Below, one piece after another: positions 25,706 to 35,320 of a stretch of 39,241 nt of DNA. Each line of letters starts with the position of its first letter. The first letter of the stretch is position 1. Origin of the DNA: a virus (lineage: Duplodnaviria > Caudoviricetes); the IMG/VR virus record IMGVR_UViG_3300028585_000507, positions 1 to 39,241 of that record; one strand, written 5' to 3'. Position numbers and translations under genes: made by a program. The notes below the pieces were generated by a model. That model saw only the letters and a list, made by a program, of their open reading frames with translations, was not told the DNA's origin and did no database searches.

Positions 25706-28700
25706 ATGGGCCAGAAGCATCAAGTCGCGACGATGTCGATCGAAGTGGCGATCGAGACCGGGCAGGCGTTGGCGGACATGGCGCAGCTTGGCGGCGTGGT
25801 CGACAGGACGACGGCGGAGGCCGCTCAGAAGTTCGACCGTATCGACGCGGCGATCAACGGCATGACTGGCATGGAAGGCCTGACCGCCAGTGCCGTTCAG
25901 GCCGAAGCCCAGTTGAAGAAGACGGCTGCGCAGGTGCGCGAGGCGAACAAGGCGCAGCGTGAATATGAGCGCGTCGAGCGCGCTGGCGAAGGCATGGTCG
26001 GCCGGCTGGAGCGTGAGCTTTCGGTTTACGGCAAGACGTCCTCCGAACTTCGGCAGATGCGGGCGGAGACGGCCGCGGTGAATGCCGAGCGGCAGGGCCA
26101 GATCGAACTGGCCGGCCGCATTCGTGCGGCCGAACAGGCGATGTACGATGCCGAGTTCGCGGCGATGCGCCGCGCGCAGCAGGCGGCGGACGCGCTGGCG
26201 GAGGAAAAGGCCGCCGCCGCTGCGCAGGCGGTTCGTGATGCCGAGCGCGAGGCTACCGCCACGCGTGAGGCCGCGCACGCCTATCAGATGTTCGAAGCGC
26301 GCGTTCGTGACGGTGCTGCGGCCCTGCGCGAGCAGGAGGCGGCTGCATCGCGCGATGCGGTCAGCCTGCAACGCCTGCGCGAGATGCTGGACCCGACCGG
26401 GGCCGCGCAGGAGCGGTTGAACCGCGAAATGGCAGAATCGCAGCGTGTCATGCTGGCAGCGGGCCACAGCGTGGAAGACGTCGCCCGTGCCCATACGATG
26501 CTGACCGAGCAGCATATCGGCACGGTGCGCAGTTCGGGGCAGGTCAAGGCCGGCATGCAGCAGCTTCAGTATAATCTGAACGACATGGCGACCATGTGGG
26601 CGATGAACGCCAAGCCCATGCAGATTTTCGCCTCTCAGGCGGGTCAGGTCATCCAGGCGGTGCAGCTGATGACGGCGGAGTCCAAGGGCCTGCTCGGGGT
26701 GCTGGCGGGGCCGTGGGGGCTTGTCATCACGACGGCGATCGTCGCGCTGGCACCGCTGGTCGCCAAGATGATCGAGAGCAATCACGCGCTGGATGACGCC
26801 GTGGACAAACTGAAGAAGGACGCTGCCGAAACGGACCTGAACGCGCGCGCGAAGAACGCCTTTGCGCGGACGATCGACGGCGTCACGGCCGCGATCAAGG
26901 CGGAGACGGCCGCCCGCAAGGAAGCCATCGCCAGTCAGCGCGAAGCCTATGAACAGGATTATCTGCGTGCGCAGTTTCTGCGCCGCAATGCGGAAACGGC
27001 GCGCGTCGCGGCCGAAACCGAACTGGCCAATGCCAAGCTGCTGCTGGCGGCCGACAAGGCGCGTGCAACGCGTCCGGGTGGTGAAGTGGCCAGTGCGCGC
27101 GTCGTGGACCGGTTCGTGGAGGTGCGCGCGCTCGAAACCCGGCTCGCGGGTCTCGACAAGAGCATCGCCGCTGCGCGTGCGCTCGAAACCGGAGCGCTCG
27201 CCGATGCGGCAGTGGCGACCGCAAAGCGCATGATCGATCCGCTGGCGCGGATCAATGCGCTGTACGATCAGCGGCGCGATGCGACCGTTGCGGCAGCGGA
27301 AGCGGCGGCAGCGGCCGGCAAGACCATCAGCGGAGCGTTGACGCAGGAACTGTACGCGATCGAGCGCACCCGTCAGGCCGCGATCCGTGCCGAACAGGAC
27401 AAGACGGCCGCAGCCAAGACGACCGCCAACCAGATCGGCCGCAACATCACGCTGGCGGAGGCGCGCAGCATCGCCCAAGGGGTCGACGGGCGCGTGACCA
27501 GCGATCACCGCAGCCTTGAAGAGCAACAGCGGCTCTATGCCAAATATCAGGCCTATCAAGCTGGCACCGGCCCGTGGGCCGCGCTGGCGGCGAAGCCGGG
27601 CACGTCGAACCACGAACTCGATCGCGCGATCGATATTGCCAAGGGTGACGGGATCACGCTCAAGAAGCTGATCGGCGCTTACCGGGCCGCCGGCGTCAGC
27701 CTTGTCGAGGCGCTCGACGAAGGCAGCCATTACCATCTGGCATGGAAGGCGGTCGGTACGCAGGCACGGCAGGAGACGTCTGCGCGCACGGAAGCGGTGA
27801 AGGCCGTCAAGGCGGCAGCGAAGTTCAATAGCGATTTGCTTGCCCAGCACGGTGAATTCATGGGCGAGCAGGCCCGCCACGTGCAGGAGTTGATGGAGAA
27901 ATGGGGCCAGTCCGTGCTGGCGGACGGCAGCAGCCTTGACGCGGGCATGGAGAAGATCCGCGGCTGGATCGATCATCACGGCCCCATCGCTGAACTGAAC
28001 AAGGCGCTTGAGGAACAGGCCGCCTGGTGGGACGATCTTGGACAGCGGGCATCGGAAAGCGCGTCCAATATGGAGCGCGCGTTCGGCCGGGTCGGCGGCG
28101 CGATCGGCGAGGCCATGCAGGTGCTGGTCGATTTCGGCGCGCGCCAGCAGCAGATCCACGATGATTTCATCACCGGCAAAAAGACCGAGGCGGAGGCCAG
28201 CCGGGCATCCGGCGACCTCCAGCTTTCGTCCATGATCGGGCTGACCAGTGCGGCCAAGGGCCTCTTCTCCGAACATTCGAAGGGCTACAAGGCGATGGAG
28301 GCGGCCGAAAAGGCGCTGACGCTGGTGCAGCTGGCGAACACGGCGATCAGCGTCGCGGCGGGGGCTGCCAAGATGTTTGGGCAACTCGGCGTCGGTGGCT
28401 TCCCTGCGGTCGTCGCTATGGGTGCGGTGATGGCGGGCCTCGGGTTTGCCGTTTCGGCCGGTGGCGGCAAGAACGATCTGCCCGTGTCCAACACCGGGAC
28501 CGGCACCGTGCTGGGCGATCGGAATGCCCAGTCGGAAAGCGTCACGCGCGCGATCGAGCAGCTGGCCGACATCGACAAGGTGACGATGACGCATAGCGGG
28601 GCGATGCTGTCGTCGCTCCGGTCGATCGAGCAGAAAATTGGCGGCCTCGCCTCGCTGCTGGTGCGCACCGGCAATATCGACGCGTCGGGCGGCGTGACCA

Positions 28701-30889
28701 GCGGGTTCAAGACGGACGCTGCCGGCGACACGCTGGGCTTCCTCGCCTCCGGTGGCGTGCTGGGTTCGCTCGCGCGTGATATCCCGGTTCTGGGCGGCAT
28801 CCTCGACGGGATCAGCGGCGTCGTGAAGTCGATGTTCGGCACGAAAACCAGCGTCGTCGCAAGCGGCCTGTTCGGCGGGCCGCAGACGATCGCCGATGTG
28901 CTGAATGCCGGCTTCGACGCGTCGTATTTCAGCGACGTGAAGAAGACGAAGAAGTTTTTCGGTGTCAGCGCCGGCACGAAATACAGCACACAATATGGCG
29001 ATGCCGACAGCGAAATCGAACAGCAGTTCGGCCTCATCCTGCGCGGGTTCGTCGACACGATCGGCGCGGCGGCCGGTCCGCTCGGGCTGGCAACCGGTGC
29101 CGTCGAGGATCGTCTGTCCAGCTTCGTGGTGGATCTGGGCAAGATCGATCTGCAAGGGCTGACGGGCGACGAAATCAGCGAAAAGCTGACGGCCGTGTTC
29201 GGCAAGGCGGCGGACGACATGGCGCGCGCGGCGATGCCGGGGCTTGAGCAGTTCCAGCGCGTCGGCGAAGGCTATTTCGAGACGCTGACGCGGGTCGCGG
29301 TCACGATGGAGACGGTGTCGACATCGCTGGGGCGGCTGGGGTCCAATGCGCAGGGGCTTGATATCGCGGCGTCGATGGGGCTGGCCGGGCTGTTCGACAG
29401 CCTGTCCGACCTGACGTCGGCGTCCGACGCCTATTTCCAGACCTATTACAGCGCGGCCGAACAGACTGCGGTGCGAACGGCGGAAATGACGCGGGCGTTC
29501 GGCGCGCTGGGCACCGCCATGCCCGGCAGCTTGGCGGGCTTCCGCGCACTGGTGGAGGCGCAGGATCTGACGACGACGGCAGGCCGGCAGACCTATGCCA
29601 GCCTGTTGCAGATCGCGCCGGCATTCGCGGATCTGAATGGCGTGCTGGGCGACGTCGCCGATGCGTCCCGAAGTGCGGCGGACGTCCTGCGCGAGCGTCA
29701 GGGGCTGGAACGCGACCTGTTGCAGGTCAATGGCGACACGGCGGCGATCCGGGCGCTGGATCTGGCCGCGCTGGATGCGAGCAATCGCGCATTGCAGCAG
29801 CATATCTGGGCGGTGCAGGACCAGCAGGCGGCGACCGAAGCCGCAACGCAGGCGGCAGCGGCGGCGGCGCAAGCGGCCGAACAGGCGGCTGCTGCCGAAA
29901 AGGCGCGCACCGATGCGATCCTGTCCGAACGCGCCGGACTGGAGCAACGGTTGCTGGAAATGTCCGGGGACACGGCGGCAATCCGGGCGGCGGAACTGGC
30001 GAAGCTGGACAAAAGCAACCGTGCGATCCAGTTGCGCATCTACGCGCTGACCGACGAAGCGGCCGCGACGCAGGCCGCGACGGCTGCGGCAGCGGAAGCG
30101 GCTGCGGCTGCTGCGGCGGCGGCGGCCAAGGTGCAGGCGGTCGCTGGCGAGCGTGCCGGGCTGGAACAGCAACTGTTGCAGTTGCGGGGCGATACGGCGG
30201 CGCTGCGGGCGATCGAACTGGCGAAGCTGGACGAAAGCAACCGCGCCTTGCAGCAGCAGATCTATGCGTTGCAGGACGCGCAGAAGGCGGCCGAGGCGGC
30301 CAATGCGTTGCGCGAGGCGTGGCAGTCGGTCGGGGACACGATCATGGAGGAGGTTCGCCGCATTCGCGGTCTGACCGAATCCGCACCGGCCGGGTTCGGG
30401 CTGGTGATGGGTCAGTTCAACGCCGCCACGCTGGCCGCACGGGCTGGCGATCAGGAAGCGGCGAAGTTGCTGCCGGGCCTGTCGAAATCCCTGCTGGACG
30501 CCGCCGCGCTGGCTGCGACCAGCCGGCAGGAACTGGACCGTTTGCGAGGCCAGACCGCCGCCAGCCTGGAAGAGACGTTCCGGATGATCGAACGGGTGAT
30601 GATGGTGTCGGCCACGGCGACACCGGCTGACGAACCCGATCAGGACGGTGAGCGCTGGTGGAATGCGCTCGCCGCCAGTCAGCCGTCGGTGACCGTCGCG
30701 CCTGCCAGCAACGAGGCGGCCCGGAATGACATGGTGGACCTGCGTTCGGAAATGGCCGGGCTTCGCGAGGATCTGCGCACCGGTCTTGCGGTAGTGGCGG
30801 GCAATACGGGCAAGCTGGCGCGCATGGTGGACGGTGTGACCGGCGACAGTGGCGGGAGTGCGATCACGGTGCGGATGGAGGCAGCATGA
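25706..30889 (+). CDS. Tape measure protein with embedded M15-type peptidase domain
   Basis: 1727 aa, Ala-rich helical; follows the G/GT chaperones; TSDHRS..EQ..LY...AAKPGTSNHELDRAID...EGSHYH. Confidence 0.92.
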   Translation: MGQKHQVATMSIEVAIETGQALADMAQLGGVVDRTTAEAAQKFDRIDAAINGMTGMEGLTASAVQAEAQLKKTAAQVREANKAQREYERVERAGEGMVGRLERELSVYGKTSSELRQMRAETAAVNAERQGQIELAGRIRAAEQAMYDAEFAAMRRAQQAADALAEEKAAAAAQAVRDAEREATATREAAHAYQMFEARVRDGAAALREQEAAASRDAVSLQRLREMLDPTGAAQERLNREMAESQRVMLAAGHSVEDVARAHTMLTEQHIGTVRSSGQVKAGMQQLQYNLNDMATMWAMNAKPMQIFASQAGQVIQAVQLMTAESKGLLGVLAGPWGLVITTAIVALAPLVAKMIESNHALDDAVDKLKKDAAETDLNARAKNAFARTIDGVTAAIKAETAARKEAIASQREAYEQDYLRAQFLRRNAETARVAAETELANAKLLLAADKARATRPGGEVASARVVDRFVEVRALETRLAGLDKSIAAARALETGALADAAVATAKRMIDPLARINALYDQRRDATVAAAEAAAAAGKTISGALTQELYAIERTRQAAIRAEQDKTAAAKTTANQIGRNITLAEARSIAQGVDGRVTSDHRSLEEQQRLYAKYQAYQAGTGPWAALAAKPGTSNHELDRAIDIAKGDGITLKKLIGAYRAAGVSLVEALDEGSHYHLAWKAVGTQARQETSARTEAVKAVKAAAKFNSDLLAQHGEFMGEQARHVQELMEKWGQSVLADGSSLDAGMEKIRGWIDHHGPIAELNKALEEQAAWWDDLGQRASESASNMERAFGRVGGAIGEAMQVLVDFGARQQQIHDDFITGKKTEAEASRASGDLQLSSMIGLTSAAKGLFSEHSKGYKAMEAAEKALTLVQLANTAISVAAGAAKMFGQLGVGGFPAVVAMGAVMAGLGFAVSAGGGKNDLPVSNTGTGTVLGDRNAQSESVTRAIEQLADIDKVTMTHSGAMLSSLRSIEQKIGGLASLLVRTGNIDASGGVTSGFKTDAAGDTLGFLASGGVLGSLARDIPVLGGILDGISGVVKSMFGTKTSVVASGLFGGPQTIADVLNAGFDASYFSDVKKTKKFFGVSAGTKYSTQYGDADSEIEQQFGLILRGFVDTIGAAAGPLGLATGAVEDRLSSFVVDLGKIDLQGLTGDEISEKLTAVFGKAADDMARAAMPGLEQFQRVGEGYFETLTRVAVTMETVSTSLGRLGSNAQGLDIAASMGLAGLFDSLSDLTSASDAYFQTYYSAAEQTAVRTAEMTRAFGALGTAMPGSLAGFRALVEAQDLTTTAGRQTYASLLQIAPAFADLNGVLGDVADASRSAADVLRERQGLERDLLQVNGDTAAIRALDLAALDASNRALQQHIWAVQDQQAATEAATQAAAAAAQAAEQAAAAEKARTDAILSERAGLEQRLLEMSGDTAAIRAAELAKLDKSNRAIQLRIYALTDEAAATQAATAAAAEAAAAAAAAAAKVQAVAGERAGLEQQLLQLRGDTAALRAIELAKLDESNRALQQQIYALQDAQKAAEAANALREAWQSVGDTIMEEVRRIRGLTESAPAGFGLVMGQFNAATLAARAGDQEAAKLLPGLSKSLLDAAALAATSRQELDRLRGQTAASLEETFRMIERVMMVSATATPADEPDQDGERWWNALAASQPSVTVAPASNEAARNDMVDLRSEMAGLREDLRTGLAVVAGNTGKLARMVDGVTGDSGGSAITVRMEAA

Positions 30890-31776
30890 AGATCATCCGA
30901 CCGGTGACGGTGGCGGACCCGGCGCTGGTGTCCAGCAATATCGTGGAGGCGGATGCGGCCGCGTGGTCTGCGTCCGCCAGCTATGCGGCGGGTGCGCGCG
31001 TCGTGCGGGCGCACATGGTCTATGAATCGCTGGTCGCCGGGAATCTGGCGAAGGATCCCGTTGTCCATCCGGAGGCATGGGTGGCAGTCGGGCCAACCAA
31101 TCGCTGGCGCATGTTCGACAAGGCGGTGGGGACCGCCAGCACGGCCACCGGCCGGATCGATATCGTGCTGGCGGCCGGCGCGATCGATGCGCTGGCGGTG
31201 CTCGATACCGATGCCGAAACCGTCGCCGTGTCGATGACGGTCGGCGGTCTCGAAATCTATGCCCGGAGCCAGTCGACCAATGCCGGCGGGCAGGCGATCG
31301 TCGACTGGTTCACCTATTTCTTCGAGCCGGTCGGCACGGTGTCGACGCTGACCTTCATGGACCTTCCCGTTTATGCCGACAGTCAGGTCAGCGTGACGAT
31401 CAAGGGTCGCGACCCGGACGGCTCGGTTTCGGTCGGCACGCTGATCGTCGGACGGCAGATGGATCTGGGGCCGGTGGAAACCGGCGCGCAGATCAGCATC
31501 ATTGATTACAGCCGCAAGGTCACCGACGATTTCGGGACGACGGCCGTCGTGGAACGCGCCTGGGCGAAGCGGATGGCGGTGCGGGTGATGGCGAAGACCG
31601 TGCTGGTGGACGGTTTGCAGCGGTCGCTGGCGGCGTTGCGGGCGCAGCCGATCCTCTGGATCGCGCAGGAGGGCTATGACAGCCTGACGGTTTACGGCTT
31701 CTACAAGGATTTCTCGATCGACGTGGCTTACGGCGCGAACAGCTATGCCAGCCTGACGATCGAAGGTCTCATCTAG
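30886..31776 (+). CDS. Tail tip/distal tail protein with N-terminal CBM5/12-like motif
   Basis: AWSASASYAAGARVV...VYES; IIDYSRKVTDDFG; directly after the tape measure gene. Confidence 0.7.
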   Translation: MKIIRPVTVADPALVSSNIVEADAAAWSASASYAAGARVVRAHMVYESLVAGNLAKDPVVHPEAWVAVGPTNRWRMFDKAVGTASTATGRIDIVLAAGAIDALAVLDTDAETVAVSMTVGGLEIYARSQSTNAGGQAIVDWFTYFFEPVGTVSTLTFMDLPVYADSQVSVTIKGRDPDGSVSVGTLIVGRQMDLGPVETGAQISIIDYSRKVTDDFGTTAVVERAWAKRMAVRVMAKTVLVDGLQRSLAALRAQPILWIAQEGYDSLTVYGFYKDFSIDVAYGANSYASLTIEGLI

Positions 31777-31788
31777 GCGGAGATATCC

Positions 31789-32616
31789 ATGATTACTGCA
31801 CTGCCAACGCCCCCGTCCCGTGAGGACGCGGGCAACTTCGCCGCGCGCGGAGACGCGTTTCTTGGTGCGCTGCCACGGTTCGCGCTCGAAGCGAATGCGC
31901 TGGCCGCAGCCGTCAATGACAGCGTCGATGCAGCGACGGCCGCCGCTACAAGCGCCGTGAACGCGCCTGGCACGAATGCGACCAGCGCGACCAGCCTTAC
32001 GGTCGGGACCGGATCGAAGATGCTGGCGATCCAGCCCGGCAAAGCGCTGGTCGCCGGTCAGTTCGTGACGATCGCGGCGGCGGCGGATCCGGCGAACTGG
32101 ATGGTCGGCTGGATTAGCAATCATGACGACGAGACGGGCGCGTTGACGGTGTGGGTGATGGTGTCGAACGGGGTCGGGACGTTCACGTCCTGGGTCATCG
32201 GCTTGAGTGCGCCGCTCCGGTTTGCCGCCGCTACGGCGGCGCAGATCTTCATCGGCCTTTCCAATGTCGTCGGGGTGACCCCCGCAAGCCTGCGCGCTGC
32301 GATGACACCGGTCGCGGTCCCGTTCGCCGCATCGATCACGCTTGACGGGACGACGTTCATCAACGCGGACATCGGCGACCTGACGGGCAATTTCTCGCTA
32401 CCGTCCCCCGTCAACATGGCCCCCGGCATGAACGGTCGCATCCGTTTCCGGCAGGATGCGACCGGCAACCGGACGGGATCGTTCGGCGCGGCTTGGGATT
32501 TCGCGGGCGGGCTGGTGCCGACCTTCTCCACGCCGGCCGGCGCGGTCGACGAACTGCACTATTTCGTCAATTCGCCGACCAGTATCAGCGCGTTCCTGCG
32601 CAAGGCGGTGGCGTGA
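31789..32616 (+). CDS. Tail fibre/receptor-binding-associated protein
   Basis: Ala/Thr-rich; C-terminal LTGN...QDATGNRT...FAGG..PTFSTPAGAVD module. Confidence 0.65.
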   Translation: MITALPTPPSREDAGNFAARGDAFLGALPRFALEANALAAAVNDSVDAATAAATSAVNAPGTNATSATSLTVGTGSKMLAIQPGKALVAGQFVTIAAAADPANWMVGWISNHDDETGALTVWVMVSNGVGTFTSWVIGLSAPLRFAAATAAQIFIGLSNVVGVTPASLRAAMTPVAVPFAASITLDGTTFINADIGDLTGNFSLPSPVNMAPGMNGRIRFRQDATGNRTGSFGAAWDFAGGLVPTFSTPAGAVDELHYFVNSPTSISAFLRKAVA

Positions 32617-33008
32617 TGATCCCGTTCGCAGGGAGCCTGATGATGGGCGAGGATGCGCCGCCGCCGATCCCGCCCACGACGATTAGCGTCACGCCGCGCA
32701 GCCGGTTCGGGGTCGGCCAGTCGGCCAGTTTCGATGTCGGTCAGTTCACCTTCAGCGCATCGACCGATGGCTACGGCCCGGACGCGTTCGAATACCGGTT
32801 CTCCCGGATCGATGGATCGACGCGAACCGGAATCAGCCCGACCGTCATTCCGGTCGGGGCGGCCAGCCGCACCGGGATCGGGCGGGTGTTCGATCTGGCG
32901 GCCGGCGAGGATCTCACGTCGCGCTGGTATGTCGATATCCGAATCCCCGGCGTTCCGGGGCGCGGTGGGAGCGCCGTCATCGAAATCGGCGGCTATCGCC
33001 AGACCTGA
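32616..33008 (+). CDS. Hypothetical beta-rich tail-associated protein
   Basis: TGATG coupling; 130 aa. Confidence 0.55.
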   Translation: MIPFAGSLMMGEDAPPPIPPTTISVTPRSRFGVGQSASFDVGQFTFSASTDGYGPDAFEYRFSRIDGSTRTGISPTVIPVGAASRTGIGRVFDLAAGEDLTSRWYVDIRIPGVPGRGGSAVIEIGGYRQT

Positions 33009-33032
33009 CCCCCTACCCCATCGGAGACGATC

Positions 33033-33644
33033 ATGGCCTATGCACGCAAGGTGGACGGACAATGGTCCGAACTGACCGGACCCTTCCGGGTCGCGGACCT
33101 GCAATATCCACAGAACTGGCCCGATCTGGCGACGCCTGTCGAACGGGCGGCACTCGGCATCGTGGAAATCGAAGAGCCACCGGAAGCGCCGGCCGGTGCC
33201 GAGGTGATCGGGACGAACGTAATCGGGACCGATCGGCCGCGGCGGATCCTGCTGACGCAGCCTTCGTCCATCGCGGATCTACGCGGTGCGCGCTGGGCGC
33301 TGGCGAAGGCGGTTCGCGAAGACCGAATGGGCGGCGGATGCATGACTGCGCTGGGTCGCGTCGACACCGATCCGGACAGTCAGCGCAAGATCGTCGGCGC
33401 GGTGACGGGTGCATTGATCGCGCAGGCGGCGGGCGCACCCTATGCCATCGACTGGACGATGTCGGACAATCGCGTCGTCGCGCATGATGGTCCGGCGATG
33501 ATCGCGCTCGGCGTGGCGGTGTTGGCGCACATCAACGCCTGCCAGTCCGCAGGGACCGCCGCCCGGCTCGCGATCGGGAATGCGGTGGGCGTGGCGGACC
33601 TCGCCGCCGTCGATATCGGGGCGGGCTATCCGGCAGACCTATAG
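33033..33644 (+). CDS. DUF4376-like tail fibre-associated protein
   Basis: QYPQNW...ERAALGI; DTDPDSQRKIVGA...IDWTMSDN; GGAG RBS. Confidence 0.7.
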   Translation: MAYARKVDGQWSELTGPFRVADLQYPQNWPDLATPVERAALGIVEIEEPPEAPAGAEVIGTNVIGTDRPRRILLTQPSSIADLRGARWALAKAVREDRMGGGCMTALGRVDTDPDSQRKIVGAVTGALIAQAAGAPYAIDWTMSDNRVVAHDGPAMIALGVAVLAHINACQSAGTAARLAIGNAVGVADLAAVDIGAGYPADL

Positions 33645-33779
33645 GCTTTCGTCTTCGTCGCGTTCCTTCACCGATCGCCGGGCTGATCGCACGGCCGTCG
33701 CGAAGATGATCGCAAGGGCGGCGATGGGCACGATGATGACCACCCATGCCAGCGGGTCGAGGCTCGCAATGTAATCCAT
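33639..33779 (-). CDS. Small single-pass membrane protein (moron)
   Basis: MDYIASLDPLAWVVIIVPIAALAIIFATAV plus charged tail; opposite strand between tail and lysis genes. Confidence 0.55.
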   Translation of the reverse strand: MDYIASLDPLAWVVIIVPIAALAIIFATAVRSARRSVKERDEDESL

Positions 33780-33841
33780 GGCCGGCTGAACGCCGCCCCC
33801 GCCGGGATCGATCCCGGCCAATATCCAACAGGAGATAACCG

Positions 33842-33886
33842 ATGATCGAAACGTGCCTCCGGCGCGGCGGAAGCCTTGCGCCATGA
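33842..33886 (+). CDS. 14-codon minigene coupled to the lysis cassette
   Basis: AGGAG RBS at 33830-33834; MIETCLRRGGSLAP; its TGA overlaps ATG 33883. Confidence 0.45.
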   Translation: MIETCLRRGGSLAP

Positions 33887-34338
33887 ATAGCGTCACCGCA
33901 GCCGCCGTCCCGGTGAGCATCCATGGCTTCTCGCTCAACAGCGCCCTCCTGATGATAATCGCGATCATCAACGGCACTGCGGTAGGCCACTGGATCAAGA
34001 ACCGGCCTGCTATGCGGAAGCTCGGCAAGGAGGCAGACGAGAAGCTGCGTGACGATCTGATCCTCCGCATCGAGAAGCTCGAGCAGAAGCTGGACGAAGA
34101 ACGCGCGTCTCACGATGCCGTTGTCTCGCTGATGCGCCACCGTCTTAACAACAGCGACCAGTGCATCGAGGCCTTGCTCTTGGTGCTGGATGACGATGAT
34201 CTGCCGCCGAAGGTGAAGCGCGCCGTCGCGGCGATCAAGGCCATGCGGGAGCGCCAGCGCTCGGACGAGGCGATCGAGAAAGCGACGATCCACGCGGCGC
34301 GGATTGTCGCGACAGCCTCAGCGGAGGAAGGGAAATGA
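33883..34338 (+). CDS. Membrane-anchored coiled-coil protein of the lysis cassette
   Basis: One transmembrane segment (ALLMIIAIINGTAVGHWI), then heptads; ATGA overlap with the endolysin. Confidence 0.7.
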   Translation: MNSVTAAAVPVSIHGFSLNSALLMIIAIINGTAVGHWIKNRPAMRKLGKEADEKLRDDLILRIEKLEQKLDEERASHDAVVSLMRHRLNNSDQCIEALLLVLDDDDLPPKVKRAVAAIKAMRERQRSDEAIEKATIHAARIVATASAEEGK

Positions 34339-35009
34339 CGATTAACTGGCGCGAAACCCAGCGCCGCCTCAACATCACCCCTGACGGCATCGTCGGACGC
34401 AACACTTATGGCGCACTGCTGGCGCACATGAGCGCGATGGCGAAGCCAGACACGCTCCAGTCGCTCGCCAACGCATGCGCAGTCCATTTCCCCGAATACG
34501 GAATCGCCGACAGCGCGACGCGGCTGGCCGACTTCCTGGCTCAGACAGCGAACGAGACAGGCGGCTACACGGTGTTCGTCGAGAACCTGAACTATTCGGC
34601 GGAGGCGCTGGCCCGGACGTGGCCGTCGCGCTTCCCGATGGCGAAGGCGAAGCTCTATGCGCGGCAACCTGAGAAGATCGCGGCGGTGGCTTACGGCGAC
34701 CGCATGGGCAACCTGACACCGGAAGAGGGCTGGCTGTTCCGCGGGCGCGGGATGCTACAACTCACTGGCCGGGCGAATTACGAAGCCGCAGACCGGCGCT
34801 TGGGCGTTGGGCTCGATACGAACCCCGAGTTGGCTGCGGTGCCGGCCCTGTCTCTGCTCATTGCCTGCGACTTCTACCGTGACCGGGGCGTCTTGAAGGC
34901 TTTGGATCGCGGCGACACGGATGGTGCGCGCAAGATCACGAACGGCGGAGCGATCGGGCTGGCGCATGTCGACAAGCTACGAGCGCGTGCGATGGAGGTG
35001 TTGCGGTGA
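34335..35009 (+). CDS. GH19 endolysin with N-terminal peptidoglycan-binding motif
   Basis: QRRLNITPDGIVGRNT; FLAQTANETGG; ENLNYS; FRGRGMLQLTGRANY; ITNGG. Confidence 0.92.
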   Translation: MTINWRETQRRLNITPDGIVGRNTYGALLAHMSAMAKPDTLQSLANACAVHFPEYGIADSATRLADFLAQTANETGGYTVFVENLNYSAEALARTWPSRFPMAKAKLYARQPEKIAAVAYGDRMGNLTPEEGWLFRGRGMLQLTGRANYEAADRRLGVGLDTNPELAAVPALSLLIACDFYRDRGVLKALDRGDTDGARKITNGGAIGLAHVDKLRARAMEVLR

Positions 35010-35320
35010 CCGACCTGAACCCGGACGTCCCTGACAAGCCGATCGAAGTGGCTGTGTCTCCCGCCGGCGCGCAGGCTTCAACCGCCGCCCGCGACGTGGC
35101 GCTGATCCTTGCCATTCTCCCGGCACTGATTGCCGTGATCGGACAGCGCGACCTCATTGCGCTCATCCGCTTCATCGGCAGCACGGAATTTGCCCCGGTG
35201 CTGGGCCTCATCGTGGCAGCAGCGGTCCCGCTGTGGCGGCAATGGCTCGCCCGGCGGAAGCACGCGAACGACCTCAAAATGGCGAAGTCGGCGGACGATA
35301 GTGTGGCGGTGGTGAAGTGA
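35006..35320 (+). CDS. Putative holin
   Basis: Two hydrophobic helices and a basic C-terminus; between endolysin and spanins. Confidence 0.65.
   Translation: MTDLNPDVPDKPIEVAVSPAGAQASTAARDVALILAILPALIAVIGQRDLIALIRFIGSTEFAPVLGLIVAAAVPLWRQWLARRKHANDLKMAKSADDSVAVVK

Noticed and set aside
25184-30172. 1662-aa minus-strand ORF
   Set aside because: Antisense shadow of the GC-rich tape measure gene; Arg-rich with no motifs.
29687-30289. DGR template/variable repeats
   Set aside because: In-frame protein repeats with general divergence; no reverse transcriptase in the window.
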